From Candidatus Limnocylindrales bacterium (GTDB lineage: Bacteria > Chloroflexota > Limnocylindria > Limnocylindrales > CSP1-4): a stretch of DNA of 64,000 nucleotides. Made by a program: the position numbers and the translations under genes. Where the stretch lies: assembly GCA_035693125.1 (NCBI GenBank), contig DASSHB010000039.1, positions 613 to 64,612 of the forward strand, written 5' to 3'. This document shows positions 9,550 to 18,981 of this stretch, in pieces (the stretch's first letter is position 1; each line of letters starts with the position of its first letter). The notes beneath the pieces are model-generated. The model was not told where the DNA came from. It made no database searches and saw only the letters and a list, made by a program, of their open reading frames with translations.

Positions 9550-11310
9550 CTAGCGGGTGACGCTGACGCGCACGATCCCCGGCGGAACGCCGAGCGCGGC
9601 CAGGGATCCGACGCTCGGATCGAGGACGTCGAGCACGAGCAGGTACTCGCCGGACGCCACCGGCGGGACGAGCGAGAGCGAGACGTCCGCTCCGGCGCCG
9701 GGCGCCAGCGCGGCCGGCAGGACCGCTGTCGTGGTCGCCGCGCCACCACCACCGCCAGCCCCGAGATCGACCCAGCGCGCGACGAGCGTCGCCCGAACCG
9801 CTGGTTCCATCTCGGCCTTGCCGATCGCCGGGAGGACCGCCGCGTGGCCCCACGCCGTCCGGCCGAGGTTCGTCACGTGGACATCGAGGGCGAACGGCTT
9901 GCCCGAGACGGCGGTCGCAGAGGCCGGGACCTTGTAGGCCGCCGTCACGGGGCCCGTCACGCGGACGATCAGCGCGGGAACGAGGGCCTGGGTGGCCGCG
10001 TCGTACGCCAGCCCGTTCGGCTGGTGGACGGTCGCGACGAGTCGATAGAGGCCGGGCGCCGTCGGGACGGCCACCGGAACCGACAGGCCACCGGTCTTCA
10101 GTCGCTTCGCGCGGACCGGCGCCACGACCTCGCCGGCCCGTTCGGGCACGACCAGCTCGTCGGATGGGGCCGCCGTCGCGGTCGTGCCCGGGTCCGCGTC
10201 GTCGGGCGCGGGTGTGGCCGCGGCCGGGCCGCCAGGCGCCGGCGTGGCGGTCGCGCCGAGGGCAACGCCCGTGTCGAGGAGATCCCAGCGGATCGCGACC
10301 ATCAGCTGGTCGGGCAGCAGCCCGACGGCATCCTGGGCGACCGGCAGGGTCAGCGTCGTGTGGCTGCCGGCCGTCGGCGGGCTGGCCAGGTCGGGCGACC
10401 CGAACGTCACCCCGAGCCCGGCCAGGGTCGGCTCGAAGATCGGCAGCGCTTCGTCCGGTGAGGCGACGGCGCCGGCCAGGACCCGCCCGGCCAGCAGGTG
10501 GGGCTTCAGGACGATCGAGCGGTGGAAGCCCGAGTCCTCCCCGTCCGGATCCATCATCGCGACGGCTCCGCGCGTTCGCTCGCTCGCGAACGAGAGGAAG
10601 TGGTCGTTCACGTTGGGAGCCGACCGCCACAGCGCTTCGACGCTGCCACGACCGCGCAGGACCGAGCGGACGTAGTAGGCCGGGCCGAGATACGCATCGG
10701 CGATGACCGCGCCGGCACCGGCCCGGAAGAACCCGGCGGCGTAGTTGTCGACGCGCTGCTGGGCCTGGTCCAGCGTCCCCTCGTCGAGCCCCGGCTCGGT
10801 GTTCCCGCTCGCGTAGCACAGGTGGCTGAAGACCACGACCGCGTCGGGCGCCAGGTGGACCTGGGCCCCGATCTGGTCCTCGCCGAAGTACTGGTGCGTG
10901 TCGGCCGCGCCGGCGGACGGATTCAGGCCGAACCCGTCCTGCGTGGGCGGGTAGAGCGCGTCGCGGTAGATGCTGGGCCAGCCATTGCCATGGCCGAGGT
11001 ACACGACGACCGATGCGCCCTCGAGCGCCGCTTTCACCTTGGGCCAGGTGGCGTCCGGCGAGTAGACCTTGACGATCTTCGAGGTGTACGGCGCGGCCGC
11101 GGACGCAGCTTCGTCCGCGAGACGGCGGTAGTAGGGGGTGGCGCTGCCCGCCGGTCCGACGATCAGGACGACCTTCGGGGCGACGTGCTTCGTCACGCTC
11201 CCGCCCGCCGAGCGGGCGGCAACCGGCGCGGCGCTGGCCAGGACGAGGCCGAGCGCACTGACGAGGGCGAAGCGAGCGGCGCCCGAGACGCCGATCCGGG
11301 AATGGAACAC
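9550..11310 (-). CDS. secreted protein with N-terminal candidate clan-CD (gingipain/clostripain/caspase-like) cysteine peptidase domain and C-terminal beta-rich (Ig-like) domains
   Basis: Signal peptide 'MFHSRIGVSGAARFALVSALGLVLASAAPVAA'. A hydrophobic strand followed by His-Gly ('ASVVVYLGHGNGW') and a second hydrophobic strand followed by Cys ('DAVVVFSHLCYASGN') reproduce the His/Cys dyad topology of clan-CD peptidases. The C-terminal half is Ala/Thr/Pro-rich. Confidence 0.4.
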   Translation of the reverse strand: MFHSRIGVSGAARFALVSALGLVLASAAPVAARSAGGSVTKHVAPKVVLIVGPAGSATPYYRRLADEAASAAAPYTSKIVKVYSPDATWPKVKAALEGASVVVYLGHGNGWPSIYRDALYPPTQDGFGLNPSAGAADTHQYFGEDQIGAQVHLAPDAVVVFSHLCYASGNTEPGLDEGTLDQAQQRVDNYAAGFFRAGAGAVIADAYLGPAYYVRSVLRGRGSVEALWRSAPNVNDHFLSFASERTRGAVAMMDPDGEDSGFHRSIVLKPHLLAGRVLAGAVASPDEALPIFEPTLAGLGVTFGSPDLASPPTAGSHTTLTLPVAQDAVGLLPDQLMVAIRWDLLDTGVALGATATPAPGGPAAATPAPDDADPGTTATAAPSDELVVPERAGEVVAPVRAKRLKTGGLSVPVAVPTAPGLYRLVATVHQPNGLAYDAATQALVPALIVRVTGPVTAAYKVPASATAVSGKPFALDVHVTNLGRTAWGHAAVLPAIGKAEMEPAVRATLVARWVDLGAGGGGGAATTTAVLPAALAPGAGADVSLSLVPPVASGEYLLVLDVLDPSVGSLAALGVPPGIVRVSVTR

Positions 11311-11501
11311 GCCGATATCGAGCTCCCGCGGTCCGGCCGATCATCGTCGGCGCGACCTGACCGCACCATACCAACAAGACATTCACTGCCCGTTCGCGAA
11401 AGGTTCACTCGCAATCACCGGTGCCGCGCCGCACCGAACCCGCCGCGAATGACCCTAACCTTTACGTGAACGGCAACGTTGTGGCATCATGACCCGCAAC
11501 G

Positions 11502-12056
11502 ATGAGCCACCTCGACCACGCACCCACGGCATCCGGCGGCCCCGCCACCGACGAGCGGTCCCTCCTCCGGATCCAGGAGGTCGCCGCGGTGCTGGGCCTG
11601 ACGACCCGCTCGATCCGCTACTACGAGGAGATCGGCCTCCTCGAGCCCGCCGCCCGCTCCGAGGGCGCCTACCGACTGTTCGATGACGACGACGTCGAAC
11701 GGCTCCGGTTCATCAAGGGCCTCCGTGACGACGCCGGCTTCAGCCTCGCCGAGATCGGCCGACTGCTCGAGGACGAGGCGACCCGGACCCGCAACCGGCT
11801 CCGGTTCCGCAGCTCGAAGGACGCCCTCGAGCGGCGGGCGATCATCGACGACGCGATCGATCGGGTGAGCCGTCAGATCGACTCACTCCAGGAGAAGCAG
11901 GCCCGCCTTGCCGAGATGATCGCCGAGGCCGAGGGCCGCCGCGAGCACCTCCGAGCCCACGTCGCCGAGCTCGAGGCCGGTCGGGAGCCCGCGCCGCACG
12001 ATCACGAGCCCAGCTCCGCCTCGCGCTCCGCCGCCACCCGCGCCCCGAAGCGATGA
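11502..12056 (+). CDS. MerR-family transcriptional regulator
   Basis: N-terminal HTH 'LLRIQEVAAVLGLTTRSIRYYEEIGLLEP' is the MerR signature, followed by a coiled-coil dimerisation region. It overlaps the downstream MFS gene by 4 bp (likely regulator-efflux pair). Confidence 0.8.
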   Translation: MSHLDHAPTASGGPATDERSLLRIQEVAAVLGLTTRSIRYYEEIGLLEPAARSEGAYRLFDDDDVERLRFIKGLRDDAGFSLAEIGRLLEDEATRTRNRLRFRSSKDALERRAIIDDAIDRVSRQIDSLQEKQARLAEMIAEAEGRREHLRAHVAELEAGREPAPHDHEPSSASRSAATRAPKR

Positions 12057-13393
12057 GTCTCGCCGCGCACCCCGGCGTCCGCGCCCTCCGCCACCACAAC
12101 TATCGGTTGTTCTTCAACGGTCAGCTGATCTCCCTGATCGGAACCTGGACGCAGCAGGTCGGTGAGGCCTGGCTCGTCCTCCAGCTCACTCACGACCCGC
12201 TCTGGCTCGGGATCGTCTCGGTCGCCCAGTTCGGCCCGGTCATCGCGTTCGGCCTGTTCGGCGGCGTGATCGCCGATCACCTCCCGAAGCGCCGGACCCT
12301 GATGGCCACCCAGTCGGTTGCGATGACCCTCGCGTTCATCCTCTTCGGGCTGAGCGCGACCGGCGTGATCCAGGTCTGGCACATCCTGATCATCGCGATG
12401 ATCCTCGGCTTCGCGAACGCGATCGACATGCCGACCCGTCAGTCGTTCGCGGTCGAGATGGTCGGGCGCGACGATGTGGCGAACGCCGTCGGACTGAACT
12501 CGGCCGTCTTCAACGCCGCGCGAATCGTCGGTCCCGCCGTCGGCGGCATCCTGATCGGCGTCTTCGGCGTACCGATCGCGTACCTGATCAACGGGCTCAG
12601 CTTCATCGCGGTCATCAGCGCGTATCGCCTGATGCGCGACACGGAGATGCGGGCGGCGCCGCGACCCGACCGGCCGAAAGATGCCCGCGACGTCCTCCAC
12701 AACCTCCAGGAAGGCGTCCACTACGTCCGCTCGACCCCGATGGTGCTCCTCGCCGCGTCGACCGTCGGGCTGGTCGCCACCTTCGGCATGAACTTCTCGG
12801 TGCTCGTGCCGCCCCTGGCCGACCATGTCCTGGTCGTGGGCGCGACCGGCTACGGCTTCCTCATGGCGGCCTCGGGCGTCGGCTCGACCGGCTCTGCGCT
12901 GAGCATCGCCTTCACGGCCAGACCTTCGCCGCGCGTGCTCGCGATCGGGGCGATGGCGCTCGGGGTCGGCTCGCTGATCCTGGCCTGGTCGCGCGCGTTC
13001 CCCCTGTCGCTGCTCGCGATGCTGATCTGCGGCGCGGGCGGCGTCGGGATGGCGGTGACCGCCAACACGACGATCCAGCTCAACGTCCCGGACAACCTGC
13101 GCGGCCGGGTGATGAGCGTCTACACGACGATCTTCGCGGGCTCCGTTCCAGCCGGCGGGCTCGTGATGGGCGCGATCGGGTCATCGATGGGCGTCCCGAG
13201 CGCGCTGGCGATCGGTGGCGTCCTGAGCGTGATCACCGCCGTGGGCTCGTGGCTTTGGTTGAACCGGATCCTGGCGAGCCGGCGTCCCTCACTCCGCGAG
13301 CTGGCGGGCTCCGCCACGGCCGCCGCCGACATCGGGGCGATCGACCCCGAAGGGCGCTCGGCGGGAACCCTCAGCGGCTCGTCACGCAGCTGA
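12053..13393 (+). CDS. MFS transporter (efflux-type, 12 predicted TM segments)
   Basis: 446 aa and hydrophobic throughout. The N-terminus 'RALRHHNYRLFFNGQLISLIGTWTQQVGEAWLV' is typical of an actinobacterial MFS exporter family. It is coupled to the MerR gene. Confidence 0.75.
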   Translation: MSLAAHPGVRALRHHNYRLFFNGQLISLIGTWTQQVGEAWLVLQLTHDPLWLGIVSVAQFGPVIAFGLFGGVIADHLPKRRTLMATQSVAMTLAFILFGLSATGVIQVWHILIIAMILGFANAIDMPTRQSFAVEMVGRDDVANAVGLNSAVFNAARIVGPAVGGILIGVFGVPIAYLINGLSFIAVISAYRLMRDTEMRAAPRPDRPKDARDVLHNLQEGVHYVRSTPMVLLAASTVGLVATFGMNFSVLVPPLADHVLVVGATGYGFLMAASGVGSTGSALSIAFTARPSPRVLAIGAMALGVGSLILAWSRAFPLSLLAMLICGAGGVGMAVTANTTIQLNVPDNLRGRVMSVYTTIFAGSVPAGGLVMGAIGSSMGVPSALAIGGVLSVITAVGSWLWLNRILASRRPSLRELAGSATAAADIGAIDPEGRSAGTLSGSSRS

Positions 13394-13429
13394 TCATCTG
13401 ACGCACCGGAGGCGGCGCCGGTCGAGCCC

Positions 13430-14314
13430 CTAACCGAGCTCCGCGATGTCCGCGAGGTGCTCGGCCGCCGCGAGGGACGCCTCCAGCGACGAGCCGCTCG
13501 GCCACAGCGCGAGGTGCTCCACGCCGATGTCCGCCCAGCGCTCGATCTCGGCCCGGACCTGCTGGTCGTCGCCGCGGATCGCATACGGCCGCGCCGATGA
13601 TTCCGCGGGCTCGTCGAACGCGACCCGCACCCGCGCGGAGAGGGTCGGCATCGGACGGCCGGCCGCCTCCGCCGCCGCGCGGATCGTCGGGATCCGCCGG
13701 GCGTATGACTCGGGCGAAGTCGCCGAGGAGTGGTAGCCGTCGGCGAGCCGGCCCGCCCGCGCCAGGGCCGCGTCGTTCCGGCCACCGATCCAGATCGGCA
13801 GCGACGAGCGCTGCGCCGGCAGCGGCCCGAACACGAAGTCCGACAGCTCGTGGAACCGGCCCGAAAACGGCTCCGAAGCGCCTGACCAGAGATGCCGCCA
13901 CAAGCGGATCGTCTCCTCGAGGTAGGCGCCGCGGACCGAGAACCGGTCGGCCACCCCAAGGTTCTCGAATTCCGCCTCGCTCCAGCCCACCCCGACGCCG
14001 GCGATGACCCGCCCGCCCGACAGCGCGTCGAGGGTCGCGAGCTGCTTGCCCACGACGACCCCGTTCCGCTGCGGGACGACGATCACCGACGTGCCTAGGC
14101 CCAGCCCGGGGTGCTTCGCGCCGACCCACGCCAGGACCTCCAGCACGTCGAAGTTCGTGCGGTAGTCGGCCGCGTCCTCCGAGGTGTCGACGAGGACATG
14201 GTCGGTCGTCCAGACGTCGGCGAAGCCGAGCCGATCGGCCGCCGCGGCCGCCGCCTCGATCGCCGGCGCCGAGGCGAGGCTGGTGAAGTTGGGGAGACAC
14301 AGGCCGTAGCGCAT
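13430..14314 (-). CDS. LLM-class (luciferase-like monooxygenase) F420-dependent oxidoreductase
   Basis: 294 aa. '[10 protein letters not shown]...[13 protein letters not shown]' and '[22 protein letters not shown]' are typical of the F420-dependent LLM family (TIGR03619-like). Confidence 0.7.
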   Translation of the reverse strand: MRYGLCLPNFTSLASAPAIEAAAAAADRLGFADVWTTDHVLVDTSEDAADYRTNFDVLEVLAWVGAKHPGLGLGTSVIVVPQRNGVVVGKQLATLDALSGGRVIAGVGVGWSEAEFENLGVADRFSVRGAYLEETIRLWRHLWSGASEPFSGRFHELSDFVFGPLPAQRSSLPIWIGGRNDAALARAGRLADGYHSSATSPESYARRIPTIRAAAEAAGRPMPTLSARVRVAFDEPAESSARPYAIRGDDQQVRAEIERWADIGVEHLALWPSGSSLEASLAAAEHLADIAELG

Positions 14315-14361
14315 CGGCCGATGGTAGGGCTCCCCGGGTCGAGCGGCCCTACCATCTCGCC

Positions 14362-16428
14362 ATGCCCAACCGACTCGCCGCCGAGACGAGCCCGTACCTC
14401 CTCCAGCACGCCCGCAACCCGGTCGACTGGTATCCGTGGGGCCCGGAGGCGCTCGCCCGGGCGAAGGCCGAGGACAAGCCGATCTTCCTGAGCATCGGCT
14501 ATGCCGCCTGCCATTGGTGCCACGTCATGGAGCGCGAGAGCTTCGAGGACGCGGCCACCGCCGCCGACCTGAACCGGGACTTCGTCGCGATCAAGGTCGA
14601 CCGCGAGGAGCGGCCCGATCTCGACCAGGTCTACATGGGCGCGGTCCAGGCGATGACCGGCGGGGGCGGCTGGCCGATGAGCGTGTTCCTGACGCCGGAT
14701 GGCCGGCCGTTCTTCGGCGGCACGTACTTCCCGCCGCGGCCGCATCACAACCTGCCCGCGTTCCGGGACGTGCTCGCGGGCGTCAACCGGGCGTGGCGCG
14801 AGAACCGCCTGGAGGTCGTCGCGGCGGGCCAGCGCCTCGTCGAGACGCTCGTCCAGCAGAACGCGCTGCCGCCGAGCGAGGGCGCGGCGATCCCCGACGA
14901 ACCGGCCCTGGCCCGCGCCGTCGCCGCGCTCCAGGCGCGGTTCGACACGTTGAACGGCAGCTGGGGCGGGGCCCCGAAGTTCCCCCAGCCGATGACCCTC
15001 GACTTCCTCCTCCGGCGGATCGCCGCCGGCGACGAGCGTGGCCGGATGATGGTCCGGTTCACGCTCGATCGGATGGCCGACGGCGGGATCCACGACCAGC
15101 TGGGTGGGGGCTTCCATCGCTACGCGACCGACCCGATCTGGCTCGTTCCGCATTTCGAGCAGATGCTCTACGACAACGCCCAGCTCGCCCGGACGTATCT
15201 CCGCGCCTGGGCCGTCCTCGGTGTCGAGCGCTACCGCGACGTGGCGGTCGGCGTCCTCGACTACCTGGTCCGCGAGCTCCGCCGCGACGACGGCACCTTC
15301 GCCGCGAGCCAGGACGCGGACACGGGCGGCGTGGAGGGCGCGACCTTCACGTGGACGCTCGACGAGATCGGCGAGGCCCTCGGCGACGAGGCGGCGACGG
15401 CCGAGCTCGCCCGGGTCTACGGGATCCGGGCCGGCGGAAACTGGGAGGGCCGGACGATCCTGTCGCGGATCGAACCGGCCTCGGCCGATGACGGTCGGGT
15501 CGACGATGCGCTCGAAGAGCGGCTCGCGTCCGCCCGGGAGCGCCTCCTGGCGGCGCGCGCCCGGCGCGCCCAGCCCGCTCGCGACGACAAGGCGCTCGCG
15601 GCCTGGAACGGGCTCGCGATCGGGGCCTTCGCCGACGCGGCCCGGCTGCTGCCGGCGCCCCTCGCGGAGCGGTACCGGGCCGTGGCCCAGGCGGCGGCCG
15701 AGGCGATCCTGGCGGGCCTCCGCGACGACGATGGTCGGCTCGGGCGCTCCTGGAAGGACGGCCGCTCGAGCGGCGCCGGCGTCCTCGACGACTACGCCGA
15801 CCTGGCCGACGGCCTGCTCGCGCTGTACGGCGCGACGTTCGACGAGCGCTGGTTCGTGGCCGCGCGCGATCTCGCGGCCGTGATCCTCGATCGGTTCGAG
15901 GACCCGGCCGGCGGGTTCTTCGACACCGCCGACGACCACGAGGCGCTCGTCACCCGGCCCAAGGATCCGCAGGACAACGCGACGCCGTCGGGCGGGTCGA
16001 TGGCGGCCCTCGTCCTGCTCCGGATCGCGGCGCTGACCGGAGACGAACGGGCTCGGACGGCCGCCGAACGCGCGATCGCCGCGGTCGCGCCGTTCCTCGA
16101 GCGCTACCCGACCGGGTTCGCGAACTGGCTGTCGGCTGCGCAGCTCGCGCTCGACGGTCCGCTCGAGCTCGCGATCGTCGGCGACCCGGCGTCGGCCGCG
16201 ACGCGCGCGCTCGTCGCCGTTGCCCGGTCCGGTGGCCGCGACGACATCGTGGTGGCGCTCGGGGACGTCGCCCGGGGCGGGCCGTCCGCGGTCCCGCTCC
16301 TCGCGGATCGGATCGCGATCGATGGGCGCCCGACGGCGTACCTTTGCCGCCGGTTCGTCTGTGAGCTGCCGGCCCGGGACGCCGACGCGCTCCGCCGCCA
16401 GCTCGACCAGAGGGGAGTGCCGCGATGA
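14362..16428 (+). CDS. thioredoxin-domain-containing protein (DUF255 / YyaL / SPATA20-like; N-terminal thioredoxin fold plus six-hairpin glycosidase-like domain)
   Basis: '[54 protein letters not shown]' is the DUF255 thioredoxin-like signature with a CxxC. The ~688-aa length matches the family. Confidence 0.8.
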   Translation: MPNRLAAETSPYLLQHARNPVDWYPWGPEALARAKAEDKPIFLSIGYAACHWCHVMERESFEDAATAADLNRDFVAIKVDREERPDLDQVYMGAVQAMTGGGGWPMSVFLTPDGRPFFGGTYFPPRPHHNLPAFRDVLAGVNRAWRENRLEVVAAGQRLVETLVQQNALPPSEGAAIPDEPALARAVAALQARFDTLNGSWGGAPKFPQPMTLDFLLRRIAAGDERGRMMVRFTLDRMADGGIHDQLGGGFHRYATDPIWLVPHFEQMLYDNAQLARTYLRAWAVLGVERYRDVAVGVLDYLVRELRRDDGTFAASQDADTGGVEGATFTWTLDEIGEALGDEAATAELARVYGIRAGGNWEGRTILSRIEPASADDGRVDDALEERLASARERLLAARARRAQPARDDKALAAWNGLAIGAFADAARLLPAPLAERYRAVAQAAAEAILAGLRDDDGRLGRSWKDGRSSGAGVLDDYADLADGLLALYGATFDERWFVAARDLAAVILDRFEDPAGGFFDTADDHEALVTRPKDPQDNATPSGGSMAALVLLRIAALTGDERARTAAERAIAAVAPFLERYPTGFANWLSAAQLALDGPLELAIVGDPASAATRALVAVARSGGRDDIVVALGDVARGGPSAVPLLADRIAIDGRPTAYLCRRFVCELPARDADALRRQLDQRGVPR

Positions 16429-16679
16429 GCGATCAGATCTTCCGTGACGAGGACGATCCCGGCCGGCCGATGCCCGCCGACGCGACGCCGTGGTCGGTCT
16501 GCCTGCGCTGCCGGAGTCCTCAGGGCTCGCTCGGGGTCACCGAGCTGCGGACCGGCGGCATGGGCGGCGCCGCGCATCTGCTCCTGGGTCAGTGGGCCGA
16601 GGTCGGCGAGGGCAAGCTCCCGGTCGAGCTGTTCCACTGCGCCACGTGCGGCCACCTCGAGCTCCGGGCACGCTCCTGA
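16425..16679 (+). CDS. small zinc-ribbon-like protein (84 aa), hypothetical
   Basis: The ATG overlaps the stop of the upstream gene (ATGA at 16425). Two Cys pairs, 'CLRCRSP' and 'CATCGH', suggest a zinc ribbon. GC3-rich. Confidence 0.45.
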   Translation: MSDQIFRDEDDPGRPMPADATPWSVCLRCRSPQGSLGVTELRTGGMGGAAHLLLGQWAEVGEGKLPVELFHCATCGHLELRARS

Positions 16680-16690
16680 GACCAAATCCG

Positions 16691-17731
16691 TTGACCGCGC
16701 CGGCGGCTCCCGGCGACCGGGCCGTGCCGCGCCTCGCGGCGACGGTCGTCCTGCTCCGGCCGTCGGCGGCCCGCGGGCCGGCCGAAGTCCTCCTGATCCA
16801 CCGGCCGGACACGATGGCCTTCGGGCCGGGCCTGCATGCCTTCCCCGGCGGCAAGGTCGACGAGGAGGATGCGTCCGCGCCGGCGCTCGATCGTCCCGAC
16901 GAGCTGACCGGCGCGGCGGCCGACGAGCGGCTCGCCACGATCCTCGGCCCGCGCGATGCCCTCGCCGTCCATCGGACCGCCGTCCGTGAGGCGGCCGAGG
17001 AAGTGGGTGTCGTGCTCCGGCCGGCGGAGCTCGCGCCGATCGCGCTCTGGACGACGCCGCCGTTCATGCCCCGCCGCTACGCGACGTGGTTCTTCGTGGC
17101 GGACCTTCCGGCCGGTGCCGAGCTCGCCTTCGAGCCCGCCGAGGTGGCGGCGCACCGCTGGCTGACCGCGCGCGACGCGCTGGAGGCGAGGGCGGAGCGG
17201 GCGATCGACATGTGGGTACCGACGACGAGCGTGCTCGAACGGCTCGTCGAGCTCGATGTCTGGACGGCCGCCGAGGTCCGCGCTCGGATCCGCATCCGAA
17301 GGCCCGACCCGCCGGCGATCGTCGCCGCCACGGATGGCAGCGTCACGATCGCCCTGGGCAGCACGGGCGGGACACCGGGCCGGCCCGGCCGCGCCGAGCT
17401 GATCGGCCGGCGCGCGGTGGTGGTCGTCGATCCGGGCGACCAGACCGAGGAATCGATCGACTTCATCGGGACGACCGCCGCGCAGCGCGGGTCGACGATC
17501 CGCGCCGTCGTCCTGACCCGGCCCGATCCCGATCATGCCGCGGGCGCCGAGGCGCTGGCGACCCCGCTCGGGATCCCCGTCCTCGTCGCGCCGGGCGCCG
17601 GCCGCTGGCTGCCGTACGAGACGGTGACGCTGACAGACGGAGAGCTCCTCCCGACCGACGTTCCCGCCAGCGTCCGCCTCGGCCCGCCCGGCTCGGGCGA
17701 GCTGTCGATCGTCCTCGGCTCAGCGAGGTAG
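16691..17731 (+). CDS. NUDIX hydrolase domain protein fused to a C-terminal truncated/degenerate metallo-beta-lactamase-fold segment
   Basis: Nudix box with an insertion: 'FPGGKVDEED...REAAEEVGVVL'. The C-terminus resembles an MBL fold ('AVVVVDPGDQTEESIDFIG...AVVLTRPDPDHAAG') but the HxHxDH motif is degenerate (TRPDPDH). The six-frame ORF starts at 16490. The in-frame TTG at 16691, just after the upstream stop, is a more plausible start. The 3' end overlaps the convergent mug gene by 12 bp. Confidence 0.5.
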   Translation: MTAPAAPGDRAVPRLAATVVLLRPSAARGPAEVLLIHRPDTMAFGPGLHAFPGGKVDEEDASAPALDRPDELTGAAADERLATILGPRDALAVHRTAVREAAEEVGVVLRPAELAPIALWTTPPFMPRRYATWFFVADLPAGAELAFEPAEVAAHRWLTARDALEARAERAIDMWVPTTSVLERLVELDVWTAAEVRARIRIRRPDPPAIVAATDGSVTIALGSTGGTPGRPGRAELIGRRAVVVVDPGDQTEESIDFIGTTAAQRGSTIRAVVLTRPDPDHAAGAEALATPLGIPVLVAPGAGRWLPYETVTLTDGELLPTDVPASVRLGPPGSGELSIVLGSAR

Positions 17732-18247
17732 CGACGCGCCCAGGTTGCGGATGAAGGTCAGCCCCAGGTCGACCTGCTCGCGCGGGGCGTACGGGCCCGG
17801 CATCAGGAAGCACGGCCGGCCCGACAGGGCAACGCCGGCGAGCTGGCCCCACGGTTCGGCGATGGGCCGCGCGGCCACGATCTCGGCGACCCGTTTCCAG
17901 ACGAAGACGACCGCCGCCGGCCGCCAGATCGCGACCTTCTGCCAGAGCGGCCCGACGCCGGCCCGGAGCGTGGCATCGGTCGCCTCGTCGCGCGGACTCG
18001 GGATCTTGTGGAGGTCGGTGATCCCGTGGCCCGCCGCCGCCAGCGCGTCGTCGGCGGTCTCGATCGGCGTCGCTCCGGGGAGGATCTGGGCGACCATCAA
18101 CCGGCCCCAGAACGCGCGCCCCAGGCGGCCCTGGAAGTAGTGGCCGGCCTCGACGCTGACCGGCGACGGGTTCAGGCCGACGAACAGGAGCCGGTCGCGG
18201 AGCGGCGGGAGGTCCTCGAGGGTCTCGACGGGGCGGCCGTCGAGCAC
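17720..18247 (-). CDS. mug: G/U mismatch-specific uracil-DNA glycosylase (Mug/TDG, UDG family 2)
   Basis: 'RLLFVGLNPSPVSVEAGHYFQGRLGRAFW' matches E. coli Mug '[28 protein letters not shown]'. The ORF extends to 18412, but the in-frame GTG at 18245-18247 gives the expected ~175-aa length and avoids overlap with the upstream microgene. Confidence 0.7.
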   Translation of the reverse strand: MLDGRPVETLEDLPPLRDRLLFVGLNPSPVSVEAGHYFQGRLGRAFWGRLMVAQILPGATPIETADDALAAAGHGITDLHKIPSPRDEATDATLRAGVGPLWQKVAIWRPAAVVFVWKRVAEIVAARPIAEPWGQLAGVALSGRPCFLMPGPYAPREQVDLGLTFIRNLGASLPR

Positions 18248-18294
18248 GAGCGTCGTCCGGTGCGAGCCCGGAGCCGGCCGCTCGATCTCGATCG

Positions 18295-18462
18295 TCAGGA
18301 CTTCGGCTCCGCGTCGCCGTCCTTGCGCAGCTTCGCCGACTCGCGCCGCGCCTCGCGGACGCCGCGGCCCAGCATCCCGCCGATCCCCGGCAGCGTCTTC
18401 GGGCCGCGCCACACGAGGACGATCACCAGGACGACGATCAGGACGACCAGCACGTCACTCAT
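18295..18462 (-). CDS. tatA: TatA/E-like Sec-independent translocase subunit (55 aa), orphan
   Basis: Not in the ORF list (<60 aa). I translated it as MSDVLVVLIVVLVIVLVWRGPKTLPGIGGMLGRGVREARRESAKLRKDGDAEPKS. It has an N-terminal TM helix followed by '(W)RGPKTLP..G..LGRGVRE', which follows the TatA 'FG.KKLP..G..LG...R.F' pattern. No tatC is present nearby. Confidence 0.5.
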   Translation of the reverse strand: MSDVLVVLIVVLVIVLVWRGPKTLPGIGGMLGRGVREARRESAKLRKDGDAEPKS

Positions 18463-18542
18463 GCGCGGATGGTACTCGCCCGCCCGGCGCTCGGACCGGG
18501 TGCCTTGAGCTGCGCTGGGTCGGGCGTCGGGTCAGCGCCGGA

Positions 18543-18974
18543 TCAGACCCGCGGGCGGAGGGCGACCGGGATCACCAGCCGGATCGACGTTCGGCGCGCC
18601 GAGAACGCGACGACCTTGTTGTCGATCAGGTCGACGGCCCGTGCGGCCGCCATCACCTCGACATCGCGGAGCGTCGATCCGCGGCCCTTGCGCGAAACGA
18701 CCCAGATCGCGCCGTTCGGTCGGAGGCTCGGACGAAGCCGGCCGAGGGCCTCGAGCTCCGCCGATGAATCGGCCGCCAGGAAGACGAGGTCCGTGTCGGA
18801 CGGTGCCGGTTCGCCGATCGTCACGTCGCTCGTCCGATCGGACAGCCGCTCGGCGAAGGAGCGGCCGTTCTCGAGCTCCTCCTCGTCCTCGACCGACCCC
18901 ACGATCGTGACCCGCATCCCCGGCCGCACGCCGAGCTTGTCGAGGACCGGCGCCGTGTAGATCCGCTCCATCAC
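18543..18974 (-). CDS. hypothetical protein (DUF3052-like, 143 aa)
   Basis: 'MMERIYTAPVLDKLGVRPGMRVTIVGS...' is a conserved actinobacterial small-protein pattern. Coding GC3 bias. Confidence 0.5.
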   Translation of the reverse strand: MMERIYTAPVLDKLGVRPGMRVTIVGSVEDEEELENGRSFAERLSDRTSDVTIGEPAPSDTDLVFLAADSSAELEALGRLRPSLRPNGAIWVVSRKGRGSTLRDVEVMAAARAVDLIDNKVVAFSARRTSIRLVIPVALRPRV

Positions 18975-18981
18975 CGGTATC

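Noticed and set aside
16490-16690. ATG at 16490 as the start of the Nudix-MBL gene.
   Set aside because: It would overlap the zinc-ribbon microgene by 190 bp and add a Gly/Arg/Ala-rich leader. The in-frame TTG at 16691, right after the upstream stop, is more plausible, though it is still only an inference.
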